Assembly: GCF_000619845.1 (NCBI RefSeq)
Contig: NZ_JHUX01000003.1
Span: 1,540,064-1,572,063, forward strand
Length of the DNA: 32,000 nt
DNA from: Alkanindiges illinoisensis DSM 15370
Lineage (GTDB): Bacteria; Pseudomonadota; Gammaproteobacteria; Pseudomonadales; Moraxellaceae
Direction: 5' to 3'
The notes beneath the pieces are model-generated. The model was not told the origin of the DNA. It worked only from the letters and a program-made list of their open reading frames with translations, and searched no databases. Of the stretch, positions 10,454-19,556 are shown piece by piece; the stretch's first letter is position 1; each line of letters opens with the position of its first letter. The position numbers and the translations under genes were made by a program.

Positions 10454-11431
10454 TTAAACCTGCGCTTCTGGATTGTTTTTGGCATATTGCCATGACAACC
10501 ATGCCGTAATGGCCAGCACCACGCCAATAAAGCCTAAAGACGCCGCAATGGGCACATGGTACACGTCCAGCAATAGCATCTTAATACCAATAAACGTCAT
10601 GATCACGCCAAGGCCATATGGCAGGTAATGCATCTTGGCTGCTGCACCAGCCAGCAAAAAGAACATGGCACGCAGGCCCAGAATGGCCAGCAGATTGGCG
10701 CTTAACACAATAAATGGATCAGTTGTCACCGCAAAAATGGCCGGGATTGAATCCACCGCAAAAATCACATCGGAAAATTCAACCAGAATCAGCACCACAA
10801 ACAGCGGCGTAGCCCAGAGCAGACCATTTTCCCGCACAAAAAACTTGCCCTCGCGCAGGGTTGGTGTAATACGCATGTGACCACGTAGCCACTTGAGCAG
10901 TTTCATGTTTTCGATATCGGCCTCATCGTCATGACTGCCTTTGAGGAACTTGATACCGGTGTACACCAGAAATGCGCCAAACACATACAGAATCCACGAA
11001 AATTCCTGAATCAGCCAGGCCCCGGCAAAGATAAAAATCGTGCGCAGGATAATTGCACCCAGCACGCCATATAACAGCACACGACGCTGCAATGCTGGCG
11101 GTACTGCAAAGGCTGCAAAGATCATCAGCCAGACAAACACGTTATCAATGGCCAGCGATTTTTCCAGCAAATAGCCGGTCACAAATTCAAGGGTTTTCTG
11201 ATTGGCAATGGCAGTACCAACCTCGCCATTCAAATACCACCACAAGCCCCCTGCAAACAGGCCGGACACACCCACCCACGCGGCACTCCACAGCGCTGCC
11301 TGCCGGATAGGCACCGGTTGCTGATTTGATTCTGGGTCTTTTTGCTTAAAGCCTAGAAAGTCAACCAGTAGCATGACTGCCACAATTGCAAAGAAGATGG
11401 CATAAAGCCAGAAATTGCCAATGGATTCCAC
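10454..11431 (-). CDS. alx: TerC-family membrane protein, Alx homologue
   Basis: The sequence is colinear with E. coli Alx (FVTGYLLEKSLAIDNVFVWLMIFAAFAVPPALQRRVLLYGVLGAIILRT...FVRENGLLWATPLFVVLILVEFSDVIFAVDSIPAIFAVTTDPFIVLSANLLAILGLRAMFFLL). The GTG start at 11431 has GGAGGA 5 nt upstream. The tracked extension to 11503 (TTG) runs into the riboswitch expression platform. Confidence 0.9.
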   Translation of the reverse strand: MESIGNFWLYAIFFAIVAVMLLVDFLGFKQKDPESNQQPVPIRQAALWSAAWVGVSGLFAGGLWWYLNGEVGTAIANQKTLEFVTGYLLEKSLAIDNVFVWLMIFAAFAVPPALQRRVLLYGVLGAIILRTIFIFAGAWLIQEFSWILYVFGAFLVYTGIKFLKGSHDDEADIENMKLLKWLRGHMRITPTLREGKFFVRENGLLWATPLFVVLILVEFSDVIFAVDSIPAIFAVTTDPFIVLSANLLAILGLRAMFFLLAGAAAKMHYLPYGLGVIMTFIGIKMLLLDVYHVPIAASLGFIGVVLAITAWLSWQYAKNNPEAQV

Positions 11432-11473
11432 AATGATCCTCCAGTTTAGACAACAGGCCCTGCTTTTTAGGAA

Positions 11474-11529
11474 TAAAAAAACCCTGACCTGCCGCCTGAT
11501 CAATTAAGTCAAACAACATGAGTCAAGGT
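11474..11529 (-). terminator. candidate riboswitch-controlled terminator (expression platform)
   Basis: Minus-sense ACCUUGAC (11522-11529) can pair with GUCAGGGU (11481-11488, one U-G pair), followed by U6. The 5' arm overlaps the riboswitch closing helix strand CCUUG. The 33-nt loop makes this tentative. Confidence 0.4.
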
Positions 11530-11655
11530 CTTGCCTATACTGTCAAACCGAAGCGCTTTTGCTCCAGTTGCAATATCCATCTACCGACTTTATGGCTGTG
11601 TACAACCTATAAAGTGTATTGACGATAGCTGGCGTGGGTGAGGCTACTCCCCTTG
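11524..11655 (-). promoter_or_regulatory. yybP-ykoY (Mn2+) riboswitch
   Basis: The minus-sense RNA begins CAAGGGGAGUAGCC and ends UUUGACAGUAUAGGCAAGACCUUG. These are the two conserved halves of the yybP-ykoY motif, closed by CAAGG/CCUUG. It sits directly upstream of an alx/terC gene, the canonical context. Confidence 0.8.
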
Positions 11656-11822
11656 TGCAGCAAGTGCGTTCATTCACACCGTGCTGCAATAATCTGTAAA
11701 GGCATTTTGGCACAATCGCCTAAAGCCCGCAACTTAATGTCATCCACTAGCTTAAGCCAGTCTTTAAAACGATCAATTAAATCAACCATTAATTAATTTG
11801 CTGGGCCTTAACTTGCAGGACT

Positions 11823-12878
11823 TTAATTTGCAAGGTCGTGACTGGCCTTACGACGATGCACGATAGAAGCCCACAATGACCAGCCAATAAATGCCACACC
11901 AATCAGGCCAGTAAGCAGCTCTGGAATATGGAAGTGCATGGACATCAGCATAATAATGGCCAGCGCTCCAATCGCATAATGGGCGCCGTGTTCCAGATAA
12001 ATAAACTCATCCAGTGTGCCTTTTTCTACCAGATAAATGGTCATGGAGCGCACAAACATGGCACCAATGGCAAGGCCCAGCATAATAATAACCACATCGC
12101 TGGTAATGGCAAATGCGCCAATCACGCCATCAAAACTAAAGGATGCATCCAGTACTTCCAGATAGATAAATCCGGCAATGCCACCACGCTGTACTGCTTT
12201 GCCAATATCAACACCATCTTCGGTGTCATGACTTTCACCTTCCAGAATACTGCTGAGCAAATCAACCGCCTGATAGACCACAATGCCCCAAATTCCTGCC
12301 AGAAACACTGCAAACTGCATGTTTTCTGGCACAATGCGCAGTGCAGCAATGAGTGTAAGCAAGGCAACCAGTGTGGCAGCCGTGCCAGAGCGCCCCAGAA
12401 TGCTAAGCTTGGTTTCCAGCCAGTGATACCAGTGCACTTCTTTATCAGCATCAAACAGGAAATTTAAAAACACCAGCAACAGGAACATGCTACCAAATGC
12501 TGCAATTTCAGAATGATGTTCCATCAATTTGGCAGAGTAAGTCTTGGGGTCATTTAGTGCCAACTGGGCCACTTCAACCATGCCCATGTCCGCAGTTACC
12601 GCCACAATGACTAGCGGGAACACCAGCCGCATGCCAAACACGGCAATAATCATCCCCACTGTTAAAAACAGGGTTTTCCAGAACTGATCCCAGTGTTTCA
12701 AAATGGAAGCATTGACCACAGCATTGTCAAATGACAACGACACTTCCATCACAGCCAGAATGCCCACAATAGCGAGTGCCGAGAGCGCAGTGCTGACTGT
12801 TCCGTGTGACAGCCCCCACCAGAACGCTAGCCCCAGACAGACAAATGAAAAAATAAATGAAAAACGAAAATGTTGCAT
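11823..12878 (-). CDS. DUF475 (TerC-superfamily) integral membrane protein
   Basis: The protein is multi-pass. EVSLSFDNAVVNASILKHWDQFWKTLFLTVGMIIAVFGMRLVFPLVIV is the DUF475 N-terminal signature as I recall it. Confidence 0.65.
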   Translation of the reverse strand: MQHFRFSFIFSFVCLGLAFWWGLSHGTVSTALSALAIVGILAVMEVSLSFDNAVVNASILKHWDQFWKTLFLTVGMIIAVFGMRLVFPLVIVAVTADMGMVEVAQLALNDPKTYSAKLMEHHSEIAAFGSMFLLLVFLNFLFDADKEVHWYHWLETKLSILGRSGTAATLVALLTLIAALRIVPENMQFAVFLAGIWGIVVYQAVDLLSSILEGESHDTEDGVDIGKAVQRGGIAGFIYLEVLDASFSFDGVIGAFAITSDVVIIMLGLAIGAMFVRSMTIYLVEKGTLDEFIYLEHGAHYAIGALAIIMLMSMHFHIPELLTGLIGVAFIGWSLWASIVHRRKASHDLAN

Positions 12879-12971
12879 GCAAAATTCCAGACAAAGCTTG
12901 AAGCGTTAAATGGCAACTAAAGATTGCACGCAGAATAGCCGAAGCCTTTTGCAAAATGAAGTTATAAAAAC

Positions 12972-13000
12972 AAAAACGGCACTTCAAGCGTACCGTTTTT
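12972..13000. terminator. bidirectional-type hairpin flanked by A5/T5
   Basis: In aaaaacggcacttcaagcgtaccgttttt, the stem aacggcac/gtaccgtt has one mismatch. It lies just downstream of the flavin oxidoreductase gene, on the minus strand. Confidence 0.5.
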
Positions 13001-13041
13001 ATTGACTTAAGATTAAATTAAGTTTGGGCTATAGCAAGATA

Positions 13042-14343
13042 TCAGGCACGCAAACGGGTACGGCGCTGCAAAACCGCCTTGATATTACCACGCGCATAAT
13101 TGGCCAATACCAATAGCGGACTTAGGTTGGGCTTAGGTTTTTTGCCTTGTCCAATGGCCTTGAATTGCGCCGCATACCAGATCACTTCCATCACTGCCAT
13201 TTTATCCAGCATGGGCACGCCAGTCTTAATTGGTTTAACCGCATAACGCACGCTGGCATTTCCGGCCAGCAAATGATCCGGTGCATCGGTTTCTACTGCC
13301 AGCGGACGGGCAATGCCAATAAAGTCACAGGCACCACTTTGCAGCGCACCATCCATCCCCTGACGGGTTCTAAAACCACCGGTGACCATGAGGGCGGTTT
13401 TTACTTCCTGACGGATTTTTTCGGCAAACTCAAGGAAATACGCCTCACGTTCCACTGTGCTTTGTTTAACCTGGCTTTGTTTCACTGCTTCACCACTTTT
13501 CTTGCGCTTGGCACCAGCCATGGCAGGCGCTTCATAGGTGCCACCGGAAATTTCAATAAAGTCGATGCCTTCTGCATCAATGGCACGGAACACGGCAATG
13601 GCATCTTCTTCAGTAAAGCCACCGCGCTGGAAATCTGCCGAGTTGAGTTTGACGCTCACAATAAAGTTGTCGCCAGTTTGCTTGCGCACCTCACGGTAAA
13701 CTTCCAGCAAAAAGCGCATGCGGTTTTCAATACTGCCGCCCCATTGATCGGTGCGCTGGTTGGTTAAGGGTGATAAAAACTGGCTAATCAGATACCCATG
13801 CGCGCCATGCAATTGCACGCCTTCAAAACCTGCCTTTTTACAAATTCGGGCAGCATTGCCAAAGCGCTTGATAATGTCGTAAATCTCGGCTTCAGTTAAA
13901 GCGCGTGGCGTACCAAAAAAAGTAGACAGTGCCGGGCTAAACGGAATGGCCGAAGGCGCTACAGTTTCCTTATTCAGGCCTTTCGGGCACTGGCGGCCCG
14001 GATGTGACAGTTGCACCAGCTGGATCATGTTGTATTGCTTGCCAATATTGGCCCACTGGGTCAGGGCTGGCAGGTCATGTTCATCTTCAATAGCAACTAC
14101 GCCGGGTTCATTCTTGGCGTTGATATCGACCATCACATTGCCAGTGATGGAACAGCCCAGCCCACCTTGCGCCCAGGTTTCATACAGTTTCAAATGCTTG
14201 TCATTTACCTCACCAGCCTTATTGGCCAGGCCTTCACTCATGGCGCCCTTGATCATACGGTTTTTAAAATTAAAGCCCTGTAGGCTATAGGTGCTGGCAA
14301 TGGTGGTGCTATTGGTGACATTGTTGGTACTGGTACTCATCAT
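13042..14343 (-). CDS. NADH:flavin oxidoreductase (Old Yellow Enzyme family)
   Basis: GFEGVQLHGAHGYLISQFLSPLTNQRTDQWGGSIENRMRFLLEV is the OYE TIM-barrel core motif. Confidence 0.85.
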   Translation of the reverse strand: MMSTSTNNVTNSTTIASTYSLQGFNFKNRMIKGAMSEGLANKAGEVNDKHLKLYETWAQGGLGCSITGNVMVDINAKNEPGVVAIEDEHDLPALTQWANIGKQYNMIQLVQLSHPGRQCPKGLNKETVAPSAIPFSPALSTFFGTPRALTEAEIYDIIKRFGNAARICKKAGFEGVQLHGAHGYLISQFLSPLTNQRTDQWGGSIENRMRFLLEVYREVRKQTGDNFIVSVKLNSADFQRGGFTEEDAIAVFRAIDAEGIDFIEISGGTYEAPAMAGAKRKKSGEAVKQSQVKQSTVEREAYFLEFAEKIRQEVKTALMVTGGFRTRQGMDGALQSGACDFIGIARPLAVETDAPDHLLAGNASVRYAVKPIKTGVPMLDKMAVMEVIWYAAQFKAIGQGKKPKPNLSPLLVLANYARGNIKAVLQRRTRLRA

Positions 14344-14586
14344 GATCTCACTATTGTGTTAATGCCCGGCTGTCAGGTCTGGTTCAGGTTTATTCGTAGG
14401 TTGACTAGCTGGGTTTGATTGTAGAGCGTTTTTTATTTTTGACAATACTTCATGTCAAAACTATAGCGTCACGCTGATATCGCCTCTTCAAATACCCATC
14501 ATGCAAAAGTGTACTGTTTAAGCGCCATCAATCCGTTTATCATAACCGGTTAATGACCTGCCTTTTTGTACACCTCAGGAATTCAT

Positions 14587-15984
14587 GTGAGCAACTCCCC
14601 TGCACCACAGTTAAAACGTGGTTTAAAAAATCGTCATATCCAACTAATTGCCATGGGCGGTGCTATTGGCACTGGCCTGTTTCTGGGTTCCGCCGATGTG
14701 ATTGCCTCGGCCGGGCCATCGGTGATTCTGGGCTATGCCATTGGTGGCCTGATTGCTTTTTTAATTATGCGCCAGCTGGGCGAGATGATTGTACATGAAC
14801 CAGTGGCCGGGTCATTTAGCCATTTTGCCTATCAGTACTGGGGCAAGTTTCCGGGTTTTCTGGCTGGCTGGAACTACTGGATTTTGTATATTCTAGTAGC
14901 GATGGCCGAGCTGACTGCCGTAGGCAAATACATTAACTACTGGTGGCCACAAATTCCGTCGTGGCTGTCGATTTTGTTTTTTTACCTGATTATTACTGGC
15001 ATTAATTTAACTAACGTGAAATTTTACGGCGAATCGGAATTCTGGCTTGCCATTATTAAAGTCGCGGCTGTGATTGCCATGATTGTGTTTGGCTGCTATT
15101 TGCTGCTCACCGCGCCTGCTGATTCAATCTCGCATATCAGTAACCTGTGGACACATGGCGGATTTTTCCCCAATGGCTTTGATGGCCTGTTTTACATGCT
15201 GGCGTTTATCATGTTTGCCTTTGGCGGTATTGAACTGATTGGTATGGCTGCTGCCGAAGCCGATGACCCGCAAAAGACCATTCCTAAGGCCATTAATCAG
15301 GTAGTGTACCGGGTACTGATTTTTTATATTGGTTCGCTGACGGTGCTGCTGTCTTTAGTGCCCTGGAACCAGCTGGAAATTGGCAGTCTGGATAAAAGTC
15401 CTTTTGTGATGATTTTTAGCCAGCTTGGCATTGGCTGGGCTGCCAACCTGCTGAATTTTATTATCTTAACAGCAGCGCTTTCAGTCTATAACAGCGGCAT
15501 GTATGCCAATAGCCGTATGTTGTATGGTCTGGCAAAACAGGGCAATGCGCCCAAAATGTTTTTGAAAGTGAACCGTCAGGGTGTGCCAGTAACCGCTACC
15601 CTGCTGTCGGCTGTACTGATTTTTGGTTGTGTGCTACTCAATTATTTTGTACCGGAAAAAGCCTTAAGTCACCTGATGTACATTGTGATTGGTGCGCTGG
15701 TGCTCAACTGGGCCATGATTAGCCTGACGCACCTGAACTTCAGGAAATTTGTGCAGCGCAACAATATTGCTACCAGCTATCCGGCTCTATTTGCCCCGTT
15801 AAGCAACTGGCTATGTCTAGGCTTTGTGCTGTTAGTATTGTATATCATGTGGCAAAAGGGTTTTCAGGAATCGGTGATTATGATTCCGGTATGGATTGGC
15901 CTGATGTATGTGCTGTTTAGAACGCTGGGCTTAAATCAAAATTTGAATCAGCATTCAGAGCAGAATGATCAACCGCCATACTAA
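14587..15984 (+). CDS. aroP: aromatic amino acid permease (APC family, AroP/PheP-like)
   Basis: The sequence is colinear with E. coli AroP (LKRGLKNRHIQLIA.GGAIGTGLFLGSA...EPVAGSFSHFAY.YWG.F.GF..GWNYW.LY.LVAMAELTAVGKYI). The GTG start at 14587 has AGGA 6 nt upstream. The tracked start at 14566 is a TTG. Confidence 0.85.
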   Translation: MSNSPAPQLKRGLKNRHIQLIAMGGAIGTGLFLGSADVIASAGPSVILGYAIGGLIAFLIMRQLGEMIVHEPVAGSFSHFAYQYWGKFPGFLAGWNYWILYILVAMAELTAVGKYINYWWPQIPSWLSILFFYLIITGINLTNVKFYGESEFWLAIIKVAAVIAMIVFGCYLLLTAPADSISHISNLWTHGGFFPNGFDGLFYMLAFIMFAFGGIELIGMAAAEADDPQKTIPKAINQVVYRVLIFYIGSLTVLLSLVPWNQLEIGSLDKSPFVMIFSQLGIGWAANLLNFIILTAALSVYNSGMYANSRMLYGLAKQGNAPKMFLKVNRQGVPVTATLLSAVLIFGCVLLNYFVPEKALSHLMYIVIGALVLNWAMISLTHLNFRKFVQRNNIATSYPALFAPLSNWLCLGFVLLVLYIMWQKGFQESVIMIPVWIGLMYVLFRTLGLNQNLNQHSEQNDQPPY

Positions 15985-16078
15985 AATCTGGCCTAAATAC
16001 GGCAAGATGGCTGAAAAAAGCTGAGTTTTATGGTTTAATTTCGCGCTTAGCATTTGCAAGTAACTAATGCTAATTAAT

Positions 16079-16151
16079 ACGCCCTTAGCTTAACTGGATA
16101 GAGCAGTTGCCTCCTAAGCGACCGACGTGGGTTCGAGTCCCGCAGGGCGTA
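16079..16151 (+). tRNA. tRNA-Arg (anticodon CCT)
   Basis: The cloverleaf was drawn by hand. The acceptor pairs ACGCCCT/AGGGCGT, the D arm is GCTT...GAGC, the anticodon stem is GTTGC/GCGAC with loop CTCCTAA, and the T arm is GTGGG-TTCGAGT-CCCGC. CCA is not encoded. An A1-U72 first pair is unusual. Confidence 0.85.
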
Positions 16152-16199
16152 CTTCTTCTTAAAGAAATAAATAGCTATATATTAGAAAGTATCTTTAAA

Positions 16200-16646
16200 T
16201 TAATCAGGTTTAACGCCAAAAAACATCTCCCCTTCAAAGGTAAAGCACAAACACCACGTATAGTTTGAACCTATAAAATAATGATGTTGTGGTATTTCCA
16301 GAATACGATTTAAACAACTCATCATTACCTCTACACTGCCGCTTATTGCAAAATCTGTAGCACTATCTCCTACCCATACGATCTCACCATTTAAATGGTA
16401 TTTTTCGGACATTAGCCTAAAAAACTTAATAAAACTTTCTATCTCTAATTGCTTCGTTAAATTTTCTTCATAGCTTTTCTCAAATATTTTTAGTTTTTCC
16501 CAGTCAATTTGGTTGTGTTTTATCGGATAGTATTTTTCCAAGTTTGTACAATAAGATTCACTACTGGCTAATATATGCAACTCAGAAGAACAAATTTTCT
16601 TTTCTAAATCAACTAATAGGTTTTCTTCGAAATAATTTAAACTCAT
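16200..16646 (-). CDS. hypothetical protein (148 aa), AT-rich islet gene 3
   Basis: This is a tracked ORF with AAGGAA 7 nt upstream of the ATG. I recognise no family. The C-terminus HHYFIGSNYTWCLCFTFEGEMFFGVKPD loosely recalls small immunity-type proteins. Confidence 0.6.
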   Translation of the reverse strand: MSLNYFEENLLVDLEKKICSSELHILASSESYCTNLEKYYPIKHNQIDWEKLKIFEKSYEENLTKQLEIESFIKFFRLMSEKYHLNGEIVWVGDSATDFAISGSVEVMMSCLNRILEIPQHHYFIGSNYTWCLCFTFEGEMFFGVKPD

Positions 16647-16660
16647 TCATTTCCTTTTTA

Positions 16661-17038
16661 TCAAAAAATTATAGCTTTTATTGATACAAAAATTATTTTA
16701 TATAAATTAATATTTTCTAAAGCATCCTTAATTGTTCCTGCTAATTTTGGAAAATTATTCGCCTTACACTTTAATGCATCAATTGCTTTTCTTTTATCCA
16801 AGCAACTATGATTTCTGGCAATGTGGCCTAAACATATTACTGCTATGGAGGCTATAGCCAAGACTTTATTTTCAAGAAAATTCATACAAATCCTTTGATT
16901 ATACTGCCAATCGTTTTCACCATATAAAACCAATGCTAATAAAGCATTTATAACCTCTTTCTCATCTGTAGAGCCAAGCATTTGCGTTAAGTTTAATTCA
17001 TCTACTTTAAAAATTTCTTGGTATAACAATACTTCCAT
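16661..17038 (-). CDS. hypothetical protein (125 aa), AT-rich islet gene 2, possibly helical-repeat
   Basis: This is Met14 of tracked ORF 16661..17077. AAGGA lies 7 nt upstream and overlaps the stop of the preceding gene. The protein is rich in predicted helices (EVINALLALVLYGENDW...LAIASIAVICLGHIARNH). Confidence 0.55.
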   Translation of the reverse strand: MEVLLYQEIFKVDELNLTQMLGSTDEKEVINALLALVLYGENDWQYNQRICMNFLENKVLAIASIAVICLGHIARNHSCLDKRKAIDALKCKANNFPKLAGTIKDALENINLYKIIFVSIKAIIF

Positions 17039-17048
17039 TGGCTTATCC

Positions 17049-17483
17049 TTAAACCCCATATACTGAAATTCCATCAACTTGATCTTGTATATTTATTTCA
17101 AGAAATTTTATTACTATAGACAATAACTTTAAAATTTCACTTTTATACGATTCAAAATTTTCTACTACTTCTTTTGTGATGTCTTTGAACATTAAATGAA
17201 TATGTTGAGCAGGTAAAAAAGACGCCTCTAATATCTTTCCCCTGAATTCTTGCAATCTTTCTTTAATTACTTTCATTTTTGCTAAATTCAAATAAGTAGT
17301 GCCCCAATGTGCATAAGGATGCTCGCCCTCGAACCAGAATCTTTTAATTAATGAAAAAGCCTCTTCGTGCATAACAATAGATTTTTCAAAATCAGGATTG
17401 GTCACTTCATCAAACGGTGCTATTTGAAAGAATGATCCTATTTGAAAACCATCTTTCTCTTTAACTGTAAAATCTACTTTCAT
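17049..17483 (-). CDS. hypothetical protein (144 aa), AT-rich islet gene 1
   Basis: This is a tracked ORF with no family recognised. It is tightly coupled to the next gene. Confidence 0.55.
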   Translation of the reverse strand: MKVDFTVKEKDGFQIGSFFQIAPFDEVTNPDFEKSIVMHEEAFSLIKRFWFEGEHPYAHWGTTYLNLAKMKVIKERLQEFRGKILEASFLPAQHIHLMFKDITKEVVENFESYKSEILKLLSIVIKFLEINIQDQVDGISVYGV

Positions 17484-17717
17484 AATATTTACTCAATACT
17501 TGTTAATTTAAATACATCTATGGGCATACATGATAATGCGTTTCTATTTAGCCTAACATTTTTCTACTCAGCAGATGAGTCTTCATCAAAAAAGCGTTAA
17601 AATGCACGCATACGATGCCGACGGCATACAAAAAATACGCCCTTTATGCGTTGGACTTTTCATCCAGCATCCCAAGCGTTTAACTCAGTTTTGACTTCAT
17701 TTATTTAGGATATATCC

Positions 17718-19436
17718 ATGCGCGCCAGCCGCTTAATGTTTGCTACTTTACGCGAAACTCCCGGTGATGCCGAGGTAATCTCGCACCAGCTCATGCTCCG
17801 TGCAGGCATGATTCGTAAACTGGCTACCGGTCTGTACACGTGGCTGCCGCTGGGTGTGCGCGTGCTAAATAAAGTAACGGCCATTATTCGTGAAGAAATG
17901 AATAAAAGCGCCATGGAAGTGCTGATGCCAGTGACCCAGCCGATTGAGCTATGGGAAGAATCTGGTCGTGCGCAGGCTTATGGCCCGGAACTGCTGCGCT
18001 TCCGTGATCGCCATGACCGCCCGTTTGTGCTTGGCCCAACCCATGAAGAAGTCATTACTGACCTGGCCCGTCAGGAACTAAAAAGCTACAAGCAATTGCC
18101 AGTGAATTTTTATCAGGTGCAAACCAAATTCCGTGATGAAATCCGCCCGCGTTTTGGTGTCATGCGTTCGCGCGAATTTATCATGAAAGATGCTTATTCG
18201 TTTCATGCCAATCAAGCGTCACTGGAAGAAACCTATCAGGGCATGTATGACACTTATCATGCCATTTTCAACAGATTGGGCCTGAATTTCCGTGCAGTGC
18301 AGGCCGATACAGGTTCGATTGGCGGTAATGGTTCGCATGAGTTTCATGTACTGGCCGACAGCGGTGAAGATGACATTGCATTTTCTACAGAATCCGATTT
18401 TGCAGCCAATGTTGAAATGGCCGAAGCCGTAGTTACTGGCACACGTCCTGCCCCAACGCAGGCCATGCAGGTCGTCGATACCCCCAATGCGAAAACCATT
18501 GAGGAAGTGAGCAATTTCTTAAATGTAAGTCCAACCCAGACTGTTAAAACCTTACTGGTGCGTGGTGTAGCGGATGACACTAATCCCAACAGCAAGGGCA
18601 AATATGGTCTGGTTGCATTGGTACTGCGCGGCGACCATGAACTCAATGACATCAAGGCAGAAAAACTGGAACAGGTTGCCGCACCGCTAACCTTTGCCTC
18701 AGAAGATGAAGTCAAGGCACTGGGTCTGGAAGCTGGTTCCATCGGGCCACAAGGGTTAAGCATTCCTGTTATCGTAGACCGTGCCGCATCGATACTGGCC
18801 GATTTTGTGGCCGGGGCTAATCAGGCAGGCAAGCATGTGACTGGCCTGAACTGGGAGCGTGATGCACAAATTACCCAAGTGGCAGACATCCGCAACGTGG
18901 TGAATGGTGATCCTTCACCTGATGGTAAAGGCATCATTAACATCAAGCGCGGTATTGAAGTGGGCCATATTTTCCAGCTTGGCCAAAAATACTCTGAAGC
19001 CTTAAATTGCAAGGTGCTGGGTGAAGATGGCAAGCCATTTGTGGTGACCATGGGCTGCTATGGCATTGGCGTGACACGTGTGGTAGCCGCTGCCATTGAG
19101 CAAAATTTTGATGACAAGGGCATTATCTGGCCACAAAGCATTGCACCGTTTGCAGTGGCGATTGTGCCCATGAATCAGGCCAAATCGCCACGTGCTGTTG
19201 CCGCTGCCGAGGAACTGTATAACGAATTACTGTCCGCTGGCTTTGATGTGCTGCTGGATGATCGCAATGAACGTCCGGGTGTGAAGTTTTCTGATCTTGA
19301 ACTGATTGGTATTCCGCATCGTATTGTGGTGTCCGAACGTGGTCTGGATGCAGGCACGTTTGAATACAAGGGCCGTCGTGATAGTGATGCACGTGAACTC
19401 AGCAAGGATGAATTATTGGCGGTATTAGAAGGTTAA
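17718..19436 (+). CDS. proS: proline--tRNA ligase
   Basis: The 572-aa protein is colinear with E. coli ProS ([40 protein letters not shown]...[27 protein letters not shown]). Confidence 0.97.
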   Translation: MRASRLMFATLRETPGDAEVISHQLMLRAGMIRKLATGLYTWLPLGVRVLNKVTAIIREEMNKSAMEVLMPVTQPIELWEESGRAQAYGPELLRFRDRHDRPFVLGPTHEEVITDLARQELKSYKQLPVNFYQVQTKFRDEIRPRFGVMRSREFIMKDAYSFHANQASLEETYQGMYDTYHAIFNRLGLNFRAVQADTGSIGGNGSHEFHVLADSGEDDIAFSTESDFAANVEMAEAVVTGTRPAPTQAMQVVDTPNAKTIEEVSNFLNVSPTQTVKTLLVRGVADDTNPNSKGKYGLVALVLRGDHELNDIKAEKLEQVAAPLTFASEDEVKALGLEAGSIGPQGLSIPVIVDRAASILADFVAGANQAGKHVTGLNWERDAQITQVADIRNVVNGDPSPDGKGIINIKRGIEVGHIFQLGQKYSEALNCKVLGEDGKPFVVTMGCYGIGVTRVVAAAIEQNFDDKGIIWPQSIAPFAVAIVPMNQAKSPRAVAAAEELYNELLSAGFDVLLDDRNERPGVKFSDLELIGIPHRIVVSERGLDAGTFEYKGRRDSDARELSKDELLAVLEG

Positions 19437-19514
19437 TATCTGCCGGATTTTTACCAGCTTAATCCTGCTTTTAACCAAAACTAAAAAGCGGGATGATTGA
19501 TTACGCAGCGATTC

Positions 19515-19555
19515 ATGCCTGTTTTCTATAGTTAATAGAAAACAGGCATTTTATT
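19515..19555 (+). terminator. strong rho-independent terminator after proS
   Basis: A perfect 15-bp stem forms between atgcctgttttctat (19515-19529) and atagaaaacaggcat (19535-19549). The loop is 5 nt and is followed by TTTTATTTTT. Confidence 0.85.
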
Positions 19556-19556
19556 T

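Noticed and set aside
11432-11503. N-terminal extension of the alx ORF (tracked start 11503)
   Set aside because: The start codon is TTG with no SD, and the segment includes the U-run of the candidate terminator. The GTG at 11431 has a GGAGGA SD, and the homology to Alx begins there.
11928-13767. Long antisense ORFs 11928..12467 (179 aa), 12122..12454 (110 aa) and 13147..13767 (206 aa)
   Set aside because: They lie entirely inside, and opposite to or out of frame with, the well-supported DUF475 and Old Yellow Enzyme genes. They have low-complexity, His/Asn/Gly-rich composition and no SD. They are shadow ORFs.
16076-17644. The 11-nt direct repeat AATACGCCCTT as att sites of the tRNA-Arg islet
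   Set aside because: The repeat covers the 5' end of the tRNA rather than the 3' end usually duplicated by integrases. No integrase is present, and an 11-mer could be chance. It is kept only as a note inside the islet finding.
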